64,000 nt of DNA from Trichosphaerium sp. ATCC 40318 (GCA_038496445.1 JALMLS010000074.1:124001-188000), one strand, 5' to 3'. Counted from the first letter of the stretch, positions 11,620 to 25,884 are shown. Numbers and translations: made by a program. The notes: generated by a model not told the origin, from the letters alone.

Positions 11620-12910
11620 TCAAGTTGCAGCGCTTATCACTTTCTTAACAAAATTGAGAAGTTGCTCACTTCCAGGTGATACATCAGTTATGCTTGGAGG
11701 CAACTCACGAACATACCATGACACTTGCCATGATACAGAGCCTCCAACCTGTACATTCTTTGTATACATACCAGTATTTTCTAGCTCGAGGTAGCCAGTG
11801 GCTTGGTACAGTATTCCAGGAAGCTTATCTACAGGAGAAAGTAAACAAAAGTCAAATCGGTTGAAAAAAACAAACCTGGAGAGCAGTCCGTTGGTTTGAC
11901 GTTAGGGAAGGTTTTAATAAATAAAACCCGATCTATTAAATTGGCATTCCATCCGTTAGCATCTCTGAAAAGCATTTTTCCTTGAGAAGATGGAGAAGAA
12001 TCAAAGTAATGCCAAACCTGTTTTGCGCAAAAAGTCAGTAATAAAACAGAAATGGTAAAACAGCTTTTCAGAGGTACACTGTTAGCGTCTTCATAAGTTG
12101 GTGTTATGGGTTCAGAATGATACACAGGAGGCCTTGTTACGTTGGATTTTTTTCCCATAAACAAGAGCCCACGTGTCACACGTGTGATTTCCCACGGTGC
12201 AACATCAGCAGGCTTTGTTCCTATGCCAAAATCAGTCGTAGAACAATAAACTTAAAGAATCTTTAGTATGACTTTTCACGTGCCTGAATTTGTGTAGGTG
12301 TACTTGATGTCGAAAGTATTTTTATCTTCATTGACAGTTATTACCTTTGAAAGTTGCCAACCAGAGGCACTGACAATAAAAGTTAACAACATAAAAAAAC
12401 AACAACCTTCTTTTTGTCGTACGGGTTCATAATTGTACTGATTGTAGTACGGTTACCACTTGCACTCTTTGGTGGAGAATTATCCCATTGAGGCGCTGGA
12501 GGCCATGTCCATGAGTACTGAGGCGCTGGCCAAAAAGTAGAACCCCAAAAAAAGAAGTCTCCGTGATTCTTTCAGATTTCAATGAAAAACTTGTGTCAAG
12601 AAAAAAAAAAAGGTTGAGTTTGCGAATTTCTTTACCTGCGAGATAATCTCTGTTTCATCTTTGTCTAAGTAAACAAAATGTCACAAGAAATTTGTTGTTA
12701 GGTCATCACACAAAAAAGCCACGTACCCGTTTTGAACTTTAGAGACGTTATTCTACAACCAGAGTCAACGTCTACTTGTAGAGTAGTTCTATCTTTTAAT
12801 TCAAGGCTGAGTATTCTTTTTTCGTTTGCTTCTCGCTCAATCGAGATTTCTTCGCTGTACAATGGTACCCAAAGGCATGTAATAGCGATTAGTAACGCCC
12901 AAAAATACAT
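11620..12910 (-). CDS. Secreted DUF4380/galactose-mutarotase-like protein (multi-exon)
   Basis: Signal peptide MYFWALLIAITCLW; spliced motifs GCRITSLK, WGSTFWPAPQYSWTWPP, APWEITRV, LFIKTFP, YLELENTG..SWQVSW; TGA at 11620-11622. Confidence 0.6.
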
Positions 12911-13215
12911 TTGTACGACGTTTAACTTGGATGAATACAATTAGCACTAAAGGTACAGCGCCCAAGTGGTAATCACGAACAAAGTGTTGGATTCCAGATT
13001 ATGTAATTCTATCGAAAAGTCCGCTGTTTTCTGGACAAAACTTGTTTCAAAAGCAGATAAGCTTGCATTTAAATAAAATGCGTAGTAAACAGAATGATGT
13101 TTATCAATTTTATTAATCTCGTTTGACACGTTCAGTGGTTTATTGTATAAGGTATCTTGCACTTGCTGAAACGAAGAAATCTTCATGCGCACATGTACTT
13201 TCCTGTACTCGTACT

Positions 13216-15605
13216 TAACTATGTAATGATCCTTAATAACATCAGTTGATACCGCTAAACCAATTGCCGTTCATCTGTATTACACACAACATAAATCCGA
13301 GGTAAAAAAAACCCAAAAGTCACATCGTTTGAAGTAAAAGCAAAGTTACTTAGTTACATTAAGACCTAATCCCCGAATAAACCCAGAATCTGTTGAAACA
13401 TCAATTGTTGCTCTGAAAGATAAGAAAGCGCTTTTGAAGGTATCTGTTAACTGCCCACTAAAGATATCTATAACTTCTGCAACATCATCTAAAGAACGAC
13501 CTAAAAAAATCATATGTAAACGGATTTTTGATGTAAACAAACTCTGTTGTTAAAGCTCAATAAGGTCAGTGTTATGTACCTCTTCTCCAAAATAGGTGGT
13601 ATGCAATCCAAGCTTGTTTGCAAAACGACACTTTGAGGATTCTTTGTGTACCTAGCCTTTTTAAATAATGTGCAAAAGGTTGTATAATATCTGCCCATGA
13701 TACATCTGGAGAGTCCTGTAAATCAAGTAAGAAGGTTTTATACCAACTCGCAATGACAAGGATTTAAGGGACCTTAAAGAACGTACAATTATAGCCAAGT
13801 GGATTGGAAAGAACGCTATTATTTGCTGACTTAATGCAAATCCACCCTTCAAGAAATTTTTGTATTTTGCTTTAATTACTGATAGAATACCCGGGTATTG
13901 TTCAATTAAAACAAGAAGTATTCTGAAAATACTAATATACACTATACAGTAAATCATGTTAAAGTAACAAAAGCCACACATCAGAAATCAGTTCAGTTTT
14001 TGAAGCATTTGAAAAAAAAATTAAGTACGCACGTGAAAGAACACTCTCAAAATTAGGAGGATTGTTAGTCTGAAGTATTTTTGTGAGTGTTTGAACAATA
14101 CAAGTATTTCTTTTTGCTTTTGGTTGACCATTATATTGTATAAATCCTGTAAACTCTTTCATAAGCTTCAGCAAAAGCGGAAGAGCCCTTTTCGAAAATG
14201 AAGTTATTAGATAAACATTTTGACTCTAATATTACAAACTGCCACTGTTCACATACCTCTTACCATGTGAGCCGTTTATCCAAGCAGGTAGAAATACATG
14301 ATCTCCCTCGGATTCCTTTTTACTGATCATCTGAGCTTTATTATACCTATGTATCGCACGTGTGCTATGGAAATCGTAAAAGGAATAACCCAGAAGTCTA
14401 TCTTTCCAAGAGCTACAATTAATTGCACACATTGACATTTTTGACAGTTTTTGCAGTTGCTATTCAAAACAACTATTAGAAGAGTGTATACAATTAAAAT
14501 ATATTGCACCTGTTGGAGAGCATCATACCATGTTTCAGAATCAAAGGATTGCTGGTAAGGAAACGCATATTGAAGCCGGGACCACAACAACCTAATAGTT
14601 GTCATAAAATCATAAGATAGCGATATTTTTTTACCTCTTATCAATTGATATTCTATTGTATAAACGGCAAACAATACCAGCTTTGGCAATACACTTGAGT
14701 GAGAGAAAACTGAAAATAGAAACCAGTAATTCATCAGGCAGGTCTTCATTATGTTCTTCATTTTCATTACTTGTAGATTGCTGTATAACTTTGCTATCAT
14801 CAGCATCAAACTCAATAACATCCCACGTGTCAACAGTATGTTTTTGTTTTTTTGTTCTGCCTCGCTTTTTATGTACTGACTTCATGCGTGTGGAACGCAT
14901 GGAACGCATGTGGGACAACAATGAACTATAGTTACTTCTTGATAGAAAGTTTACCATGTCTACAGTACCCCATGTCTGTAAAGGAGGTGATGAAGTTGTA
15001 AATAATGGCAATTTCTTAACAAACTTATTGTTAAAAGCAGGACATGGTTTTTCGTAACAGTGGTCACACGTGTCGCATTTAAAACTCTTGCACACAACCT
15101 GAAACGAATGACAAGAATTATTTAAAGAGGTAACAGTGGTAGTACTATACTGACACGCACATTAATTAAGTGAACACGTGTACTATTTTCGACTTCTTTC
15201 AACGCATCATAAACTGCTTTTATCTGTTTTGGCAAGTCATCTCTGAACTTCTCAAGTTCTGAATAAAAGTGTGGAGAGGAGTAAATAATTGTGCCATCTT
15301 CTGGGTTGTTTGTAGTGAAACAGCTGGGCACATGTATCTGTGGTAATTCTTTTCGGTTCCGGCTAACATCTACGATGATATGAACGTATGACGGAGTGTC
15401 CGGTGATCTCATGTTAATGTGTAGCTGTTTTTTGCTTGGTAGAGCGTGAATGAATACCTAAATACTGTTTTAAGCGCCGAAAAAGCAAGTTTAGTACGTT
15501 TTCAAAAGGATTTGAGCCAAGAAACGCAACTTCATTTCTAAAGCGCTCTGTTTCTGAGTTTTCACGTAGTTCTGTTTTAAAAGGCCGATAGTAATAAGAT
15601 GCCAT
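13216..15605 (-). CDS. F-box-containing protein with an N-terminal Cys/His-rich segment (multi-exon; 3' end approximate)
   Basis: F-box DLPDELLVSIFSFLSLKCIAKAGIVCR; upstream CKSFKCDTCDHC..PC; ATG MASYYY at 15605. Confidence 0.65.
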
Positions 15606-16358
15606 TCTGTTGTGTTGGAAGATTGGAATAAATGTCAACCGAAGTCTAGGCAACGCGAATTTAATTTTAGAATGTACCCAATTTTTTTTAACCGAAATTG
15701 TTTTCTTGATTTTTTTTCAATTAATGTCCTCGAAATAACATTTTTTCGCAAGTTCGGAACATCTCCCTTGTAAGTCTATGTCACTATTTGTTTCACATAA
15801 GAGCCCTTTAGATCTCTTTAAATTGTTTGTACACTTTGCGGGTTGGTGTCAACACGCAGATAATGCTCCAACTTGTCATTCTCATAGTACGTATTCATTC
15901 CTGACAAGGACGTAAATCGTGTATGACAAACAAGCAAAATGCAATCAAAAGACTGTTTAAGCACGTGATTAGCCGGTATTAATAGTAGCGATATACTGTG
16001 GTAAGTTCTCCAAATTTCGAAAATGTACACAGTTAACAGACCGTAACACTAAAAATAGTCACTCCAAATTAAACACTTGACATTGTACTTTTATATCTTT
16101 AGAGCCAACAACATCATAAATAGAGTCACAGCTTTAAGGTGAAATGTGCTATCAACAGCAAAAGTTGCTGGGTCGAATACTTTCAGTTTTTTTCTCATAT
16201 TGACACAGCTAATGAAAGATTCAATCATACTGACATTGGTGTATATGCTGTAGGCAAAGCAATTATAGAATATTGGGAATTACTGTTCAGGTTATTATAC
16301 AAGACTTTAGTAAAAGAAAACTGTCAATACGGCTCACGTGACATCTCAATACTCAGAT

Positions 16359-17010
16359 TTACTCTTTTGGTTTATTCCACATGATTTGGCCGTACTTACC
16401 AATAGTGAGTGTTGTTGATCCTAATTCTTTAGTCTCAACTTCAATGAGTTGTCGTAGAAAGCCAACATTTGGAAGCGCAACTCTACGCCTTTCTTTAACA
16501 TGCTTGAAAGCTTGATACAATGTCATTCTTTCAATGGTTATAAGGTAGAACATTACAAAAGCCGGAGATCCTTTAACGGGTTTAGCAATAATAAAATAAA
16601 ACAGTTTTGTATTAACGCACGTGATATGCCTTGGTTGCAATGAACTAGAATAGCTTTTTTATCTGCTCTCACTTTAGCAATTTTATCCAAAACGGAAGTG
16701 TAAATTTCTATTATCGGAGTTTCTTTTCTTAAGCGTTTTTAGTCAGTATACGGTTTTATCATGATATAAGTGCCTGTCTAGTATAGACATCTCATGGTAT
16801 TCTATTGGAGGGTATTTTGCGAGGTCTGGAAGGGCGCTTATGTCTAAAACAAACCCAATGTTCATAGATTCTAGCTGTGCCTTATCTGCGCGTGCTAAAA
16901 TGCCGTGAGATACTTATATTACGTTTTTGAGCTAAATAAAGCGTACAGTGCCTACTTCCAAGGAATAATACGCCTTCCATTATCTCGTTAGGTGCGTACC
17001 CGTTTTCCAT
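16359..17010 (-). CDS. Atypical dual-specificity protein phosphatase
   Basis: Spliced PNEIMEGVLFLGS, catalytic VHCNQGISRS (split by an intron), and KERRRVALPNVGFLRQL. Confidence 0.9.
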
Positions 17011-17803
17011 AGCGTTATTTAGTTATATGTTGATGTAGAAAAAAGTAAGCAAATGGTAAACGACGTTCACTGAATTTTTGACGAAACTCTTTGAAAACCT
17101 TTGTTAGCCAAACGTCGTTCTCTACTGGCTTGTATTATGCTGTACTAAAAATAGAGGTTCTTAGAAATACAACGTCCTAACTCGAAATGTTGTGCAAACC
17201 CTTTTGTGGATTGTTGTGTTTAAGGAAAATTGGTTATATTTTGGCACTTTAACAAACTAGTGTTATTGTTACATACCAGTAATAGTATTAATTTTATTAC
17301 TGCTACATAACCAGTTTTCGCATACTTGCAACCCCTAAGTTAACTCAACCATGTGCATCTGCTTTGATATCATTTTATTTATTTAACAGTAGTGATAGTG
17401 TAAATTAACCTCATGTATTAATTTATAGCCTCCACTAGTATTGGTGCCAGTGTTATTGGTGCGGTAGGAGCAATACTGGGTTCACCAAGTTGGAGATGCT
17501 GTTGTTGTACTGCATGTATTGGATTACAGCTGGGGTGTTGTTATTGATATTGGGAACGTTGCTGATGGCGTAGCAATACGTACATGGTCATTTAGTATCC
17601 ATGTAGCAAGAAAAGAGTTAGACGAAGAGGTTGCTGTAGTAGCAGTTTCGATTATATGGACTGTTCACATTCCAAAGAGTCATGTTCTTCTTTATTCATT
17701 TTGAAATCATACAACTATTGAGGGTAGACGTGATTTTGTACTTTTATGTTGACTACCGTCATGTTTGGAAGATAAGCATGACACTTTATAATTTATTTAT
17801 ATG

Positions 17804-19459
17804 TTACAGCAAATCAAACAAATTATCTGGTACTGGATCAATAGAAGTTTGATAATGTTGTCTTATATTATCAAGAATAGGGTCAGTTGGATCTTGAAAA
17901 TTAATAACACACCCAACCTTACCATAACAACCACTTTTACCAACACGTGTTAAATAGTTATCAAGGCTGTAAGACAAGTTATAGTTTATAACCAATGATA
18001 CAATAGGTGCATCCCTCAATAAATGATCATCTGCTAGCAAAAAACGTGCATCACCTCTTCTGAACATCTGGAATACAAATTACATCAATGACATCAACTT
18101 TCAAAAAAAAGTTATGTGTTTGACTTACCTCTAACTGTATTTTACGTATATCTGCTGGCATACCATAATGAACACAACAAATCTGTAAAAACAATAAAAG
18201 ACAAATAGTGAATACTTGAACTTTATTTGGACACTTACTGGGTACTCTTCAAGCTTTCCGGCCATATGTATTATGCACCTTCGAGTGTTAAAATATATGA
18301 CAACCTGAGCTGATGAGGAAACTGATGATTCGAGTAAATCAAGCAGGACATCAAACTTATCACATACATCAACTTTGATGTAAAATTGCTTTATGCCCTT
18401 TTTGTTTTTCAGCGTTAGTCATACAAGCAACAAATGATGTTTTAAAAATAATAAAAGAATAAACGTACTTCAAGGGATAATTCATTTTGAGGTGGAAACC
18501 TACACCTAACAGCATTTCGTGTGTACTTATCAGAAAAAGCTTCAATTTCACGTGATGTTTTACCAAACCTTACAATAACTTGTATCTGAAGTGGGAGCTT
18601 AGAAATAATATCCTTTACACCCGTTTCAAATCCCATATCTAATAATCTATCCAAAGAACCAATACAAAGTATTTTTAGACTTGAAAGATCCAATACCTAA
18701 GAGACATCAGTAAAAAAAAAAGCAACTACTTTAACAAAAAAAAACCAGGCAAGTACAGTAGATGAAAGGTCAAGTATCCTTCCAGGTGTACCAAAGACAA
18801 CATGTACTATATTTTTAAGAGATTTCAAATCATTTCTTTTTGGTCTTCCGTCAAAACAACGAGCTGTTTTAACATCTGTAAACTGAGCTAACTGCAAAAA
18901 CAAGCATTCAACATTGTATATAACCTCACGTGTAGGACATATGATAAGCGCTTGTACACACGGTTTTTTTGTATCAATAGTGTTTAGAATACCCAATAGA
19001 TAGGCATCAACTGAGTCACCAGAGAATTCCTGTTCTATAATAACATCCGAACCTAAAACAAACAGTGAGTTTCACAGAAACTTTAAAAAGTTGAACTTCA
19101 GAAAAAAGCTTCAAAACTTCTCTTTCAGCAAGCTAATTTACCTTTTTCAGCACACTTGATAATAAACAAAGGGTTTTTGCGCCTTGACAGTTATTTTGTG
19201 CTGATTAAAGGTAAACGCCCATTAAAAATGATGTTATTGAGCCCTAACAATATTATGCGCGTACCAGAGCAAATGGGGGCTATTACTTGCTGGTGAATGC
19301 GTGATGGTTTTTCATAGCCGTAGGCATATACTCCCCTGAAAGCTTGTTACGTGTTTAACGCATTGTAGGCTGATATTACCTTAAAACTGGCTCTTGTAGA
19401 TTAAGATCATCAAAATGTTCGTACACGGGCTTACTTCTGTTAGATACGTCTATGTCCAT
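17804..19459 (-). CDS. eIF4A-like DEAD-box protein with degenerate ATPase motifs (probable pseudo-helicase)
   Basis: RGVYAYGYEKPS, QALIICPTRE, GTPGRILD, GIKQFYI, VSLVINY are colinear with eIF4A, but motifs I, II, III and VI are altered. Confidence 0.85.
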
Positions 19460-20281
19460 ACCGCAACAATAGATTAAACAGTTTACAAAGAAGCCAATGC
19501 CTAACTTAACTGGGAATAAGTGACAAAAGAAAAAACTGAGAAAGTCTCATCAAAAGACAGGTGTACAATTAACTGGGCTGCTTCAAATTTAAGAAGTGTA
19601 CTCAGGCTCAACAAATGTAGTGATTAGGCTTGTTGTCCTTAAAAACGGTGAAGATATGATACGTAAGGAACGTTTATTGACTCATGTTAACAAGTACAAG
19701 TTAAGGGAACAAACTAGCAGGGCTTCATACATCCTGGACTTGTTTACATTCGACAATGCGTATTATTTTATTACAAGCAATTACTCTGATGCCAGACTAA
19801 TATTGCTTTAAGAATAAAACCCGAACGTTGAATATCATTTACAACTTTGTATTCACTACTTATGTAAATTGAATACTACAATATTTTACTTCAATGCATA
19901 GTAGCAACGAAGGCCCACCATGCTCCAAATAGAGAGTAATACGTTTTGTAGTGTAGTTGTTCGACTTCACAACATGCAGCAACAAGAGCACGTCAGCTGT
20001 CAATACCGGTTTTCTATGCAGATAACTGCAAATACTTCACTGCTAGCCTGCAGATCTGTCGCTTCTTATTTTCTCCACAAACTTGCATACGAAAGATAAT
20101 GGTACCATAAGTGCTGTTATTTACTGTAGTATAAAACTGGTATAATTGTACCTTAAAAACCTGCGGTACAAAACACCCAGAATGAAATTTCTTGTGCATT
20201 TGAATGATTTTGCTACGAGCTTTTTTATTCAAATATTGTTCCTACAAGTGCTGCAAGTCTGCGTTTCAGTTGCCACAGATT

Positions 20282-23200
20282 TTAACGTGTTGTTCGTGAC
20301 CCAGTACTGCCATTTGTCATATCACTGGAATGTGTTCTGATACTAGAATTATCCATACAAATACATGCTCTTGTCTTGTGAATAAAGAAAGAGTTTACTG
20401 TGATCGCTTTTAGAATTTAAGGGTTAGCATCATACGCGATAATGAGGTACTTGAGGTGTACCTGAACCGAGGATAATAAACAAAGAAACAAGAAGAAATC
20501 TCGTAAATCTGTCAATGTCTGCTGTAGCCAATACAACACTCAATATCGCAAAGAAAGTGACATTGTAAACAGTAAAGAAGATGATCTTTGATTCGTTGAA
20601 TCTCTTAATAGGTATAGTGCGTATTCTAAAAGCGTACACGCTACATACCAGTAGCAAGAATGCCTATGTATCATTAATATCGCTTAAAATAAACCAAGGC
20701 AGATGTACATTGGATGCACCGATGATGTAAAGTATGACCTTAAATGCAATGTCATAATCACACGAATGGTAGTTTTGATAGACTCTGACAGTATCAACAA
20801 CAACTGTACTTCTTTCAAACGTTCCAACTGCTGTCTAAATATTACTTAGACTGGTTGTGTTTAAGTATGATATTTTGTACCAATAGCACAAGTAGTACAA
20901 GGTGACAACCAACAAGACTACTGACCCACAAAAGAACCATCTTGTCACTGATTCTTATAATGTCGGTTGTTTTCACACGATAAAGTCTATCAAGTCTCAG
21001 AGTCTTTCCAAGAAGAGGCCTAAGGTGGTTAAATAAGGATTCTTTTCAAATGTATGTCTCACCCAAAAAGGAGAATGAATCCAAGATCAAGCATCCAAAT
21101 GGATATTGAGCAAGTTGCTTTTGAGATGACGTTTGGAAGCATTGTGAATACTGAACAGTACAATAAAGAGCTTCCAAGGATCATCAACCCCATGAACAAA
21201 GGCGATGATGCCTTTACTTTACTATCACGTAAGTTGAGAGGAAGAAATATTGCCCATCCAATATTGATACAAAAGAATAAAATGGCAATGATTGTCACGA
21301 CTATTTCTGTCCAATGGCCTAAGTAGAATAAATACATAGAATAGTGCTTATTGGATGTCGCTTACCATACTGTGGATCAAAGATACGTTCATGCCATTTC
21401 GGAATCGGGTAGATCAAGTCTGCTTGCTTTGTTGTTGGTGGTCCTACAATTTGAAAAACCGCACGTCAGTCAAGATGTTCGAAACTAATCAATTCAATTG
21501 AGGTAATACGTTACCTATTAGATCCGTTGTATAATTTTTCTTCAGTTGGAGATGTAACCAGTCTCTGGAAAAATAAACTTTAGCTTTGCCAGAACACGTG
21601 ACATTTTTAATATTTAGTTAAAACCAAATTGAGTTTACCTTTGTTGTACAGCTTTCCCGTTCCATGAGTATTGCCCAATAATAGTATCATACTTTGTACC
21701 GAGTATTTCATCATAAAGAAACTCACTTAGCTACATGAAGCTTAACAACTTTGAAAAATAAAAAGTTCTCGAAACTGTACATTTAGCTCGTTGCAATTGC
21801 AGGTAGTTACGTTTGATGAATTGCTCGTTTTGAACTCGAGTCCAGAATAAGAATTAAACTACACAAGTTAGTACAGGTATGAGCATTGCTCTTATAGCAT
21901 ACTCTGAGCAAAGTGCTGTGATCCTCGCTTGCACGTTTAATGCCATTGTTTAAAACAGAAAACAGTACGGCATACACTGTACTTGTAGCAGAAAGTTGAA
22001 ATCCATGCTGTTCATAAAAACCCTGTCTCAGCGATGTGATGCTACCATACTCTTTTGTTGGAGGAAACCTCACATTATTCGAGAACTGTGAAGTTGTATT
22101 AGTATGAGCAAAGTAGTCCATGTACATTACCTAATGAACAATTGTGACATATTCCCAAATTTCGCTGTCCATAGCTGTTATACTTTGGAAAGAAGTGTGT
22201 GTGGTAGCAACATACTTCGGAGTGTAATCAACCTCACGAACTGTGCTCAATACCCCTCCAACAATATCAGTTATTGGACTGCAAACGAACCTGTAAGAAG
22301 CAATCAGTGTTAAGAACTTTCGCCGAGTTAATAAGACCTTACCATGCATCTGCGTTATCGTCCATTGCGAGAATTGCCGTTTGAGTGATATTTACCTTTA
22401 GATCTTCGTGTAATTTTGTAAAGGGTAATTGTGTATAGCTTGCATCATAGTTCTCGGCTAAAAATAGGTTATAAAACGTAATGAAATATCCACAAGTACA
22501 AGTTATGACATATTCACTTATGACTTCGAATCCTTGAAGTCTAAGTTCATCCTTGAAAACGGAGTTAGTGCACCTGCAAGAGAGATTAGAATCATATCAA
22601 CAGATTACGTAGGAATAAAACAAAACTACTTTGTAGATTTGAGTCAAGCTAGCTTATTAACTGTTGTAACTGTACATACCTGGTACCAATAAAGTCAATA
22701 GTGTATATCATTGTGATAGTTTGCGCTCCAGCAATTCGAAGAGAGGGTAGTGTAGCAAAGAAACTCGAATTAGAAGAGAGTCCAATAGGGAGACTGTATC
22801 TTGATCCAGATGCTTGTGTATTGAATAAACTATTTGTAGATACTATGACAGACTGGTCAGATGGCACTTTGAGATATTTTCCAAAATTAGAACTAATTTT
22901 AGCGCAATTCTTAACTAGCACGTGATTTGGACAGACTCAACATTTAAGTTAAGCACTAGCCGTCGTGATTTACTTTAGCAAAGTTTAGACCAAACTTACA
23001 TAGTAGCCGTTTGCTTTCGGACATTACTTGAATAATGGAGGGTGCATGGTCAGCGAGGATTGGTGATAAAAAGAACGATACTGAAGGATCACTTAGACCT
23101 TCTCTGTATAAATGTTCTGTAAGGTTTAAGCTATTTTCGCCATTAACGAGACTAAAAGGAAACTGAGCACATGGGTTGAATACCAGAAAAGAGATGATAG

Positions 23201-23617
23201 ACGTACTCTATTCTTAGCCTTATTTTTTCGCCGTTAACCTCCGCTGCTTCACCACTTTCTAGTAACACATCTCCTAAGTATTCGATACCGTCTCTATTAC
23301 TATCATCAGGGGAGGTAAACAAAAGTTGCAAAAAAAAAACAATAGAACTCCAATTGAAGATGCACGTGGGTAAAAATAACCTACCGAAATCTAGCTATTA
23401 CGGCTTCAAAGCCAGGAGGCCAAGCACCAACCCAAACTATTTAGTTGTAAGCACAAAATAGAACTGCAGCTAATTTATGTTGTTATCGGAGTCACAGAAA
23501 AAACGTAAACGATTTTGTATTAAAACAGCATTCCTACGCACGTAGAGTTACGTTCTTATATCCATGTGTCCCAATAACCGCCAATAGTATTAAAAAAGTG
23601 ATAGTAGAGAAGCGCAT
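20282..23617 (-). CDS. Class C (GABA-B/Grl-like) GPCR with a large periplasmic-binding-type ectodomain (many exons)
   Basis: Signal peptide MRFSTITFLILLAV; 7TM motifs KVKASSPLFMGLMILGS, C..SIWMLDLGFILLFG, LLGKTLR, FNESKIIFFTVYN. Confidence 0.85.
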
Positions 23618-24561
23618 TCTGCCCTATTGATGCGTAAGGCGTAAAAACAAAAAGCACGTGTCATGACTGTAAATTAGGTTGTTTTCCAACAAACTACAAA
23701 TCAAAGGTATTGTATTCAACCGGAATGCTTGCTTATTAGCATAAAGTAGTTTAAACAGCAATGCGGAAAAAAAAAACCCAAACGGGTATGTACGGAAATT
23801 TAATACTTGCGTATGTACGAAATATGTACTTTATCCAAAGATGTATGGTTGAAGCGCTTTACGATTTTGAAAATAGGAGTTATTAATGCACATTTCCCAA
23901 AAAAATAAATCAGAAATGTAAAACTAGCCACATAACGACACACCGTCAGAAGTTTACCTAATTTAATTCATCTATCATACCTCAAACGACTGATTCAGAA
24001 CTGACACTTTTGACGAGCACTTGTGAAACGTGACAGTTCTGAAAGAACTTGCAAGTTAACATTTTCTCGAACGAAATAGCCACTTTGCATATTTTTGCAA
24101 TCTAGATTTTACAGTATTGTACCATGTATGGGAGTTGAAAAGTTAAGACCAACATTAGCTTTCGATCCCTATCGACTAACCTCCCCTCCTGTACTCCCAA
24201 ATAAAACACGTCATTTCCTAAGACAACCCGCCACCACCGCTACACTCCCCAACTCCTTCTTGGGGTACACGGGGGCTAAGCACTCTGGCATAGCGTCTTG
24301 GGTCTTGTCCAAAACCTGTCTAATTTGCGTCACCCTTTTTGCTGCCGACTGCGTCGTTTTAGCCGCTAGTAGATGTCAGCATAATCCAGTAACACATGAT
24401 GGTAACTTGGTAGAGCTTGTCTTGGTTACATAGTACCAATGATCCAGGGTTAAGTGTCACGATTGATTTAAGCAGGACTTACGCATACGATTCATTGAAT
24501 TCATGCTATTGTTACAAGCCTTCATTTATTGTTTATAAAGCCGCTTTCGGTCGAATCATTG

Positions 24562-25884
24562 ATGGATAAGCTAGATCTATGCCAGAAGCTTCCACCTGAA
24601 GTTATTGTTCTAATTTTGAGTAACCTTAGCTTTCCTGACCTATACGCGTTTAGTTCTGTATGTTTACAGGCTTTATCGATCTTTAAAATTGTACCAAGCA
24701 TTATAGTACGTTAATCATAATATGGATAACGTTTTTACAGTACCATTGCGTCTTAAAGTCCTTTTTAGAGCTCTAGAAAGGTTTACAACCTGAAGTTGAT
24801 ACCAGGCACCTACGTACGGGTTACAGGGCTGGATAAACTCTCAACAGGCGAAGTAAGTGATGCACAGTTGATTACAAACCGGAATAACCAAATCTCAGAT
24901 TCTCATCATTGATCACACCTCTCATACAATAAGCTTGGTTAATAATTGTTGTACAAGCTCCAAGACGTTGATTAATAATTCAGTTACGAGCTACAATGAT
25001 GGTCCTTTTGAGTACACACGTGCGTACTTTCATAATGGTTTTTGTGTTGACTTTTTTGCGTACTTAGGTGTGTTGTTCCCCGTGTGCTGCGTTATTGACT
25101 CCGATGATAATGCCATTTTCAGCGACAGATCTCATCATACTATAAGAAAGCTTGACATGAAAGAGAGTATTACATCAACAATAGTAGGAAAGCCATATTT
25201 ACGTGGACCCTTAGAAGACGGATGCTTGAACTTACCTTCCGGTATTTGTAAAGCAGACAATGGCAACATACTTATATGTGATGAATATAACGCAGCTATA
25301 CGAATTCTGACTCCTGAGGGACATCTTAAAAACGTTGTAGAACTAAAGGGAAGGCAATTTGTACAGAAAACACGTGCGGCTTTTCTTTCTTTCTTGGGCT
25401 TTTTTTTTCACACTTGTTTCAACAACATTGGTTCTAAGATTGACAAATTTATGTTTGACCTAACGATGTGTTAAGCTTCCATGAGGCCTCCATACCCAAG
25501 ACGCATTGCTTATAACTCTCAAACTGGTGACATGTACTCACTTACTTCCTTGACTTTTTGGATTCTAAAGTTCCTAGGTACTTTGTTGTTCGTAGCAATA
25601 TTGTTCATTTCAAAAATGGAAAGGAAACACTTGTGCATCAACATACAGACAAAATATTTGGCCTCGTTGTTGATGATAAATCAGGCGATGTATTTTTTGG
25701 ATCCGAGGCCAAAGCAGAAAGTAGCACCAGTGGTTTGTTTAGAATTTATACAAAGATGGATGGTTATCCAGTAGTTTCTGTGAAGCTTAATGACAGTTGT
25801 ATAACTCAAATTACAGGTCTAGGGTATTCTAATGGTACTATTTTAATTGGATCACATAGCAAAGCCTGCATGGTTGAGCTATAG
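24562..25884 (+). CDS. F-box plus NHL-repeat (beta-propeller) protein (multi-exon)
   Basis: F-box KLPPEVIVLILSNLSFPDLYAFSSVC; NHL-like FSDRSHHTIRK and LNLPSGIC...GNILICDEYNAAIR. Confidence 0.75.

Noticed and set aside
17280-17760. Possible small gene between the DUSP and eIF4A-like genes
   Set aside because: Low-complexity sequence with stops in the frames I tried and no consistent exon chain.
24170-24440. GC-richer patch containing TACACGGGGGCT, similar to the RNase MRP CR-V motif
   Set aside because: No matching upstream GAAAGTCCCC (CR-I) to form P4, and no convincing ORF; left unassigned.
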